Part shown: piece after piece, positions 57,348-64,000 of the stretch
Position numbering within the stretch: the stretch's first letter is position 1
Layout of the letters: every line of letters begins with the position of its first letter
Virus record (IMG/VR): IMGVR_UViG_3300034062_006701
DNA from: a virus
Taxonomy: Duplodnaviria > Caudoviricetes
Length of the DNA: 64,000 bases
Strand: one strand, 5' to 3'
Translations under genes and position numbers: made by a program
Notes under the pieces: model-generated
What the model was told of the DNA's origin: nothing
The model's input: the letters and a program-made list of their open reading frames with translations, nothing else
Databases searched by the model: none

Positions 57348-57385
57348 ATGTCGTATATATTATATATGCATAATCGAAAAATCAA

Positions 57386-59974
57386 CTACTCCATTCCTAA
57401 AAGATCAAATAAATCAATCTGTGCATCATTACCAGGTTTTTTAACCGTCCAGTTTACTGATTCATAAAAACGTTCGATTACCGAGTATATAATTTTTTCA
57501 AACATTTTTTCGTAATCAATTTCAAATATAGATTGAAACTCCTTAGGGTAATAATATTTGTAACCGATTGCAGATAAACCAAAGCTGTTCGGTTTTCTTA
57601 CGTAAAAATACCGTACCTTATCTCCCGATACTATTTTCTCATATTTTCTCTCAATGCCAAGACGATCTATTAGGATGTTATGGTAGTATGCAGCTTTAAC
57701 ATGGCTTGGCATGCCTTTGACTGTCTCGAATTCATTACTACGGTTTGCATACTTTTCATATCCCTTAACCCCCATAACAAATGCAACATCCTCTATAGGT
57801 AATTGTTTAAATATTTCATATGTCTCGTTAAAGACTTTATTTGTTTGATGATAATCCTTCGTAAGAAGCATGGTTTCAATAATTTTCTTTACATAGGGCT
57901 TAATCGGTGTAGGCATTGTTGTTCGAACAACTTCAACACCGGTGTATTTAAACTTCTTACCAGGTATACCTTCTACATCGAGAGTATGTAAAACGTATCG
58001 TTTCTTTTGAAGAAACAAACCAACATCGGCAATAGCTTCACGCTTAAACACGAGACGACAGTCCTTGGAACCAAGAGCTCTTTTACCCCACAATGTAATT
58101 TCTCGGTTGAGATATTCTTCAATATCTGATACTGCTTTATAGTATTGAGGTGTAATATTACCGGCGTTGTCATGTACAGGTATATTCTGTCTCTCGATTA
58201 AGTGCTTGATGGAAATATATGAACTGTCTGTGTCATTATATATGATGGGGTTATGTTTTATAAGCTCCTCATCACTAAGACCGGTGTTGGTTTTTATGTA
58301 CTCGGTAAGAATACGGTTTGATTCCTTAATAACAGCCTGACCTGTAAGTGTGATTGATTCGGCTAATTCATCGTCACCGAGCGGACTATGCTTGTTCCCG
58401 AAGTAACCATATACCGTATTGACGAGAATCTTGATTGTGTGCTGATGTATATTGAGCCTATCTATTTCAAGCTGATTATTGGCATATTCCTCTGTACCTT
58501 CAGTTAGGGTAAGTGATTTCTTCTTTGCCTTTGTTAATAATTTTTTAATTTCAACTCGCTTTTGATAATAGTGATCGACTGTATCAGGTATAATGCCTTT
58601 TTCTTTTTGCGTAAATAAGATTTTCGCACGCGATATTGCAATTTCCTCTTGCTGTACGAATTTAGCAAACTTATCATGTGTCAATGTAAACGTTTGTCCA
58701 TTAACGTGCTTAATCGTTACATTATCGTTCGTCTTATCGATAATTTTACCTATCTTAGTCTCAGGGGATAGGTTTAAGGTAATCATTGTGTTCGGATATA
58801 GACTATTAGCATCGAATGATACGACATGTTCTTGAAACCCTCTCTGTGGTTCACCTACATATGCACCGGCGTTTAGTTTGTCTTCACGTATATCCTTAAT
58901 AAAGGTAGGTATACGCTTGTCTCTAAGACGTGCACGAATTGCGCATAGACCGGTAATAACAGAGAGTGATCCAAGAGCACCTTCAAATGTAGTCAATCCA
59001 GCGTATGCGATCATACGTAAAAGCTGTATATATTGTAACTTCTGTTCAAGACGAACAAGCAGATTAACGTCTTGAATATTGTAATCGACAAATAGTTCCC
59101 AGTTAGTATCGGCTAGTTCTGAAAGATTCAGATCACCGTAATCAACCTTGCGTTCACCGAGCTCTACCTCTCCTACCGCATCGAGCTTATACGATTCACG
59201 TAGCGTCTGACAGAACCGTTTGTATATTTCAAGATAGTCGACAAGTGATACACCTTCTACATGCCATCTTACCTGTTCTTTACCGAATTTACCCATAAAC
59301 GCTCTTGAGCGTAGAGAACCAATAGGTGATAACCGTTGAACTGCTTCTTCACCGAGAACCTTTCTAATTCGATTGATAATATAAGGTATATCAAAAAACT
59401 CTGAATTCCATCCCGACAGAATATCAGGGTAATCTTTTACAAAGAAATCTAAAAACTTCTTTAGGAGATCTTCTTCCGTTTTACATTCAACGTAGATGAC
59501 ATCTGGTGATTTAGCTGTATACGGCTTTAGTCCCCATGAATAGAATTTTCTCGTCAAAGAATCATATACTGTTATGATATTAATAACATCACAAGGGTCT
59601 TGTGGATTTGGGAAATCATTAGGTGAGTATGTTTCGATATCAATGTAGTATACTTTGAGTGGTTGTTTTGAAAACTCTGTACCTTCACTCTCTCTCCAAT
59701 ATGCATCAATAAGAAACTGCTGGTATATACCTAAATTTTCAAAAACACGCGTTACCTTATTATCTTTAAGATAACGTGAACGTTCATATTGATTTTTAAA
59801 ACGCTTCTTCTTTAATTTCGTATTAAATATACTTACGGCATCCGGTGCATTGTTCGTCTCAAGATAAACATACGGCTCGTATGTTGATGGAACGGTAATA
59901 CGCTTACCGTTTTCATCCCATGTATAAAGATTTATAGTTTGACTTTGAGGAGAATATGATATGTTCCTATACAC
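57386..59974 (-). CDS. gp43: Family B DNA polymerase gp43
   Basis: Exonuclease DIET, GWNSEFFDIPY, YNIQD. Polymerase SFDANSLYP, KILVNTVYG, YNDTDS, KKRY. Confidence 0.97.
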   Translation of the reverse strand: MYRNISYSPQSQTINLYTWDENGKRITVPSTYEPYVYLETNNAPDAVSIFNTKLKKKRFKNQYERSRYLKDNKVTRVFENLGIYQQFLIDAYWRESEGTEFSKQPLKVYYIDIETYSPNDFPNPQDPCDVINIITVYDSLTRKFYSWGLKPYTAKSPDVIYVECKTEEDLLKKFLDFFVKDYPDILSGWNSEFFDIPYIINRIRKVLGEEAVQRLSPIGSLRSRAFMGKFGKEQVRWHVEGVSLVDYLEIYKRFCQTLRESYKLDAVGEVELGERKVDYGDLNLSELADTNWELFVDYNIQDVNLLVRLEQKLQYIQLLRMIAYAGLTTFEGALGSLSVITGLCAIRARLRDKRIPTFIKDIREDKLNAGAYVGEPQRGFQEHVVSFDANSLYPNTMITLNLSPETKIGKIIDKTNDNVTIKHVNGQTFTLTHDKFAKFVQQEEIAISRAKILFTQKEKGIIPDTVDHYYQKRVEIKKLLTKAKKKSLTLTEGTEEYANNQLEIDRLNIHQHTIKILVNTVYGYFGNKHSPLGDDELAESITLTGQAVIKESNRILTEYIKTNTGLSDEELIKHNPIIYNDTDSSYISIKHLIERQNIPVHDNAGNITPQYYKAVSDIEEYLNREITLWGKRALGSKDCRLVFKREAIADVGLFLQKKRYVLHTLDVEGIPGKKFKYTGVEVVRTTMPTPIKPYVKKIIETMLLTKDYHQTNKVFNETYEIFKQLPIEDVAFVMGVKGYEKYANRSNEFETVKGMPSHVKAAYYHNILIDRLGIERKYEKIVSGDKVRYFYVRKPNSFGLSAIGYKYYYPKEFQSIFEIDYEKMFEKIIYSVIERFYESVNWTVKKPGNDAQIDLFDLLGME

Positions 59975-59980
59975 ACTAAT

Positions 59981-60009
59981 AGTATATTATACTACATATG
60001 CGTGATCAA
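59981..60009 (-). promoter_or_regulatory. Sigma70-like promoter for DNA polymerase
   Basis: TTGATC-17-TATACT, 6 nt before GTG. Confidence 0.7.
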
Positions 60010-61223
60010 GCTACAATACCGTTTACGGCGTTGAGCAGTTTCCTGTCACGGTGTCCGAAGGGAAGTGTATGAAGCTCAACATATTTGTTAATATTATCCT
60101 CATTCTCGAGCCAGCGACCATCAGCTAGTTTCCGCATTTTTGATGATATATTCATGTACCGGCCTTTCTTTGAAAGGACATCATCAACGATATCTATCAT
60201 CTCCTCGCCAGTATCAAACTTGTACGGAGCATTTTCGTACGTGACAATGTTCTGGCACGCAATAGGAAGACCGTAACTACATGCTTCAACAAACTTAAGA
60301 TCTGACTTTGCTTTATTGAACGTATTGTCCTGGAGAGGTGCAACCATCATGTTGACATTTAAGTTCGCAATCTTCTCTGGATACCTGTAGAGTGTCTCCC
60401 AGGGGTGATACTCGAATTCTCTACTCTGTATAAGATCTTGCAACGGGAGAGGATATGCACCTAAGAACACCCATTGATACTTGTCTTTTGTTGCACGGAT
60501 AACACGATTAACATGAGCGAAGTCATCATTCTGACCTACGCGGTTATCTACATCAAAGTGTGCTCCAGAGCCTGCGTATAGAATGCGTGGTTTTTTCTGA
60601 TAACGGTCGTAGTTATCAGAAATCTTCTTTTCATTATAAAAATTACCCATCCAAAACTTTGGCGGGTAATTCGGTATTACAGTGACGTTTTTATTGGACG
60701 TCTTGCTCATGTAATACTCCTTCATGAAATCACATGTTACTGTAACTTCATCACATAGCTCCATAATTTCCTGTGCTGTTTTTCGTATTTGTGGGTCAGT
60801 AAACGCGGGTTTAAATTTATTGTATTCCGGGATATCCTCACTGAATACAAGATCGTCAATCTCGTAAATAATTCTAAAACCTAGATCTTTACTAAGCTTC
60901 TTTAAAAATTTAATAAATTCTAATTGATGTACTGTAGCTTGTCTTTGTATGCGAACACATTCAGCACCTCTAAAGTAATTGGGATCAAAACACATCATCG
61001 TACTACCGTGAACGACCATTTTCTGATGTGCATTTAGAATATGCTCAGGCCAGATCATTCGCCAAAAACCACACCCACTATAGTCAGCATAATAATTCAT
61101 TACACGTTTAAGTGTTAGTTCTGGTGGTTGTGGTATAATAGGCGCTACAGGCTGTATCGGTTGCAGTCCAAAAGGTGAAACAAACGGCGACGCAAACGGT
61201 GATACAAAGGGACTTGAATTCAT
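60006..61223 (-). CDS. GT-B-type glycosyltransferase
   Basis: ADYSGCGFWRMIWP, YEIDD, VTVIPNY, APLQDNTFNKAKSDLKFVEACSYGLPI. Confidence 0.85.
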   Translation of the reverse strand: MNSSPFVSPFASPFVSPFGLQPIQPVAPIIPQPPELTLKRVMNYYADYSGCGFWRMIWPEHILNAHQKMVVHGSTMMCFDPNYFRGAECVRIQRQATVHQLEFIKFLKKLSKDLGFRIIYEIDDLVFSEDIPEYNKFKPAFTDPQIRKTAQEIMELCDEVTVTCDFMKEYYMSKTSNKNVTVIPNYPPKFWMGNFYNEKKISDNYDRYQKKPRILYAGSGAHFDVDNRVGQNDDFAHVNRVIRATKDKYQWVFLGAYPLPLQDLIQSREFEYHPWETLYRYPEKIANLNVNMMVAPLQDNTFNKAKSDLKFVEACSYGLPIACQNIVTYENAPYKFDTGEEMIDIVDDVLSKKGRYMNISSKMRKLADGRWLENEDNINKYVELHTLPFGHRDRKLLNAVNGIVA

Positions 61224-61233
61224 GTATGTTTAA

Positions 61234-63045
61234 TTATAGTAGCGAATCTACGTAATCCAGGCGTCTTGTTATACCATTACTCTTTTCTAAGAAAATAACA
61301 TCACCTGTTGCCGCCTTAATGCTTTCTTTTCTATGGCTAATAACCATTATACTTTCATTGTACTTATCAACACGCTCCTTAAGAACACTAATGACTAATT
61401 CAATTCCCCGGGCATCGAGGCTTGAATCAAATAGCTCATCGTAGATACTAAAATTAAAGCATACATCTCCCTGTAATCTCCTCATATCCATAAAAGTGAA
61501 TAAACACGCGAGATCAATATTCTTTCGCTCAGCACCGCTAAAGTTAAAATACGAACACTCTTTACCTTTATTGTCGACAATCTCTTCTTCAAAGTATTCA
61601 TTAAACTTGCACGTACAATTTGCATCCATTTTCTGAAGATAATAAGCTAACTTACTATTGAATAACTGTAATATTTTCTGCACTATATACGACTTGACGC
61701 CTTCTTCTGATACTACAAATTTTACGACATCGAGAACATTGGTCATCGTTTTAATGTTTTCTAACTCTACATTAATTTTATTAAATTCTGCTTCCTTGTC
61801 AAGTATTAGCTGATCATATTGTGTTGATGCCTGATCAAGATCTATAAGATCCTGGTCAAGCATTATCTGCCATTCATTTAGCTGTATGAGACGTGATTCA
61901 TGGTTCTTGAAGTCACGCATTTCAAGGTTATGTGCATGTATACTTTCTTCAAGCTTGTTAATTTTTAAATTAATCTTATTTTTCTTTTCAATAAGCGTCT
62001 TTTCCTCAACCTCATGCTCTTTAATTTTTGATTCATGGTCGCATATATGCTCGTATATCTTTTTCTTCTCACTTTCTATGTGATCTTTATCACCATCTTT
62101 TATCGTGCGTAGACATGTAGGGCAAGTTTCCTTATTTGTACCAACGACAGAAATTTGTTTCTGAGCTTGATTTATAAGTGTAGTACTTTCACTCTTACGA
62201 TGTCTTACACCCTGTATTAATGAGTCAATTTTTGATATACCATCTCTTAGAGTATTAATGTTACTTCTAATATCAGCAATATCTTTTTCATTAAAATCAT
62301 TTAGTTTGTTTTTTATATCGACAATTTCAAGCGCGTTATTCTTTTTTCGCTGTATATATTTCTCTCGTTTATTTTCACGTTCTTTTATCGCACTGTCGCG
62401 TTGATTTCGATAACTTTCTAACGTCTTTTGAATTTCATCATACCGTGTACCGTAAATATCGAGTGATCTTTTATTTTCATTTAAATCATTTTTTAGTAAA
62501 TTAGACATGCTACTAAAAACACTCAAATTAAAAATATCTTCAATAAACCTTCTCTTTTCTTGCTTCTTTTTAGCCATAAACGGTATTGTATTGTTTATGG
62601 TCATAATTACACAGTTCTGAAATACTTCAGGTGTACAATTAAACTTTTTCATTATAAAAGACGTTGTATTAGAAATGCTATCACGCGTCTTATCTTCACC
62701 GTTAATGTAAATAAAACATTTAGATGGCTCTAACATACGTATAATCTTAATATCTTCGGTTACATCTAAATTTTTAACTGTCGCTTCTAATATAACCTCG
62801 CAGTTTTTTTTGTTAATATTATTGACAATATAATCCTTTTTTAGATCTCTTAGTGTTTCACCAAAGATTGCAAAATATACACCGTCAGCGATAGTTGATT
62901 TACCTACACCGTTTTGCCGGTCTTCCTTATCTTTGTTAATTCCGGTTATAATGTGGAGACCACGTTTAAAATCAATTGATACCGGTGTATTGCCGACTGA
63001 TAAAAAATTCTTTAATGTTATGTTTTTAAAATTTATGCTTTTCAT
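61234..63045 (-). CDS. gp46: Recombination endonuclease ATPase subunit gp46 (Rad50/SbcC-like)
   Basis: KNFLSVGN, NGVGKST, CPTC hook, FSGAERK signature, DELFDSSLD, VISH. Confidence 0.95.
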   Translation of the reverse strand: MKSINFKNITLKNFLSVGNTPVSIDFKRGLHIITGINKDKEDRQNGVGKSTIADGVYFAIFGETLRDLKKDYIVNNINKKNCEVILEATVKNLDVTEDIKIIRMLEPSKCFIYINGEDKTRDSISNTTSFIMKKFNCTPEVFQNCVIMTINNTIPFMAKKKQEKRRFIEDIFNLSVFSSMSNLLKNDLNENKRSLDIYGTRYDEIQKTLESYRNQRDSAIKERENKREKYIQRKKNNALEIVDIKNKLNDFNEKDIADIRSNINTLRDGISKIDSLIQGVRHRKSESTTLINQAQKQISVVGTNKETCPTCLRTIKDGDKDHIESEKKKIYEHICDHESKIKEHEVEEKTLIEKKNKINLKINKLEESIHAHNLEMRDFKNHESRLIQLNEWQIMLDQDLIDLDQASTQYDQLILDKEAEFNKINVELENIKTMTNVLDVVKFVVSEEGVKSYIVQKILQLFNSKLAYYLQKMDANCTCKFNEYFEEEIVDNKGKECSYFNFSGAERKNIDLACLFTFMDMRRLQGDVCFNFSIYDELFDSSLDARGIELVISVLKERVDKYNESIMVISHRKESIKAATGDVIFLEKSNGITRRLDYVDSLL

Positions 63046-63998
63046 ATCTCACTTGCTCGTTTATATAAATCTGAACAGTACTGTATTATACTGTCTTTAT
63101 TTTCAATATCTAATACTCTTACAAATTCCTCTATTGTCGCTTCCATATCAACACCTGTTGTATCATAATTTTTGTCGTCAATATTATAGTTATTTTCTGT
63201 ATATGTATAGTCTGTAGTAAACGATAAAGGTCTGTATCCTGAAAACTTCTGTATTAAAGTATCAATGACTTCGCTATTCGCTTTTTTATCTACAACAAAT
63301 TTTACAAAGTTACCGTTAATTATTTGATTAATGTCAGAGCTCGTTATATTTTTTGTATTTGTTAGTTCTGTGAGAGATATTTTTTTATGCTTTGGTGATA
63401 GATTGTTTTCGACAAAATCATACTTCATTTTTTCAATATCTAAAATATAGATACCCTTTGTACTGCCAGTATCACCGAAATCCATTTCAAAAGGATTGCC
63501 TACATATATAATTGTACCGTTATCATATTTGCGTTCATCTCTAAGATGAAAGTGACCGGACATAATTAAATTTGATTTTTTAAGTAAATCCTGAGTTTTC
63601 ATGCCATGATCACATGTCTTGAAACTGTTCATCTTAAAGCTTTCGATCTCTAGGTGACCGAAAATAATATCCGCATCTTCAAGGTTAGAGATATCAGCGC
63701 TCCACGGAAGAAAGATACAAGTTCTGCCAAATAACCTGGTAACTGTTGTTTCACTTAATATTTTTATATTGTTCCTGCCACCTAAAATAGAAAGTGAATT
63801 AATATCAGAACGCTGCTTGTAATATGAATCGTGATTACCGACGATCATTATTATATTGAAATCTTTTAATTTTTCTAAAATCACACTCGCAACATGAAGA
63901 GTGGATACGGAGACATCACTACGATGGTGATAAAAATCTCCGAGAAATATAATGTCTTGAATTTTTCGTTGCTGCAATTCTACAATAAACCAATCACA
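63042..63998 (-). CDS. gp47: Recombination endonuclease gp47 (Mre11/SbcD-like), 5'-truncated
   Basis: LGDFYHHR, VGNHD, FGHLE, SGHFH, YVGNPF. Frame is open to the window edge (CDWFIVELQQR). Confidence 0.93.
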   Translation of the reverse strand, partial: CDWFIVELQQRKIQDIIFLGDFYHHRSDVSVSTLHVASVILEKLKDFNIIMIVGNHDSYYKQRSDINSLSILGGRNNIKILSETTVTRLFGRTCIFLPWSADISNLEDADIIFGHLEIESFKMNSFKTCDHGMKTQDLLKKSNLIMSGHFHLRDERKYDNGTIIYVGNPFEMDFGDTGSTKGIYILDIEKMKYDFVENNLSPKHKKISLTELTNTKNITSSDINQIINGNFVKFVVDKKANSEVIDTLIQKFSGYRPLSFTTDYTYTENNYNIDDKNYDTTGVDMEATIEEFVRVLDIENKDSIIQYCSDLYKRASEI

Positions 63999-64000
63999 CC

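Noticed and set aside
40038-63998. Inteins, introns or homing endonucleases in terminase, helicase, UvsX, polymerase or gp46
   Set aside because: Lengths are near normal, motifs are contiguous, and no intein splice or HNH/LAGLIDADG/GIY-YIG motifs were seen.
1-64000. Stop-codon recoding (code 15 or code 4), as in some large phages
   Set aside because: Core genes are full length under code 11, coding density is near complete, and TAG, TGA and TAA all end genes.
1-64000. tRNA genes, CRISPR arrays, rRNA
   Set aside because: Intergenic gaps are almost all under 100 nt. I saw no cloverleaf or repeat-spacer pattern.
1-64000. Eukaryotic or archaeal virus, suggested by TATA-like boxes close to start codons
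   Set aside because: The T4-like structural and replication core, lipobox spanin, muramidase and sigma70-like promoters indicate a bacteriophage.

Overview
This window is 64 kb from the genome of a large, AT-rich, T4-like contractile-tailed phage (myovirus). It uses the standard genetic code and is almost fully coding. Left part: virion and adsorption genes (LamG, beta-propeller and PKD proteins, an S74-chaperoned tail fibre, a Gly-rich adhesin) and a three-gene lysis cassette pointing to a diderm host. Middle: baseplate and tail module (gp25, gp6, gp7-like, gp27-like, gp53, gp48-like, tape measure, two gp26-like genes, gp54-like, tube, sheath, gp3), terminase and the gp14 neck gene. Right part: T4-type replisome (primase, clamp, clamp loader, SSB, helicase, UvsX, PolB, gp46/47) interleaved with QueC, a class II glutamine amidotransferase and two glycosyltransferases. 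Portal, major capsid, prohead protease and gp55 were not recognised in the window. Five observations stand out. (1) Apparently leaderless expression: I counted 23 starts 5-11 nt behind a T4-late-like TAAATA box (11 at exactly 5 nt), and replication genes sit 5-11 nt behind sigma70-like -10 boxes, with no Shine-Dalgarno motifs seen at the starts inspected. (2) A dispersed set of unrelated late genes shares a capsid-targeting/prohead-protease-like N-terminal leader, including one nested in-frame gene with its own promoter. (3) A GH75-like domain sits in the baseplate hub operon. (4) A candidate coiled-coil unimolecular spanin. (5) A split GATase/QueC plus glycosyltransferase locus suggesting DNA hypermodification. 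All assignments come from motif recognition by eye; no database search was run.
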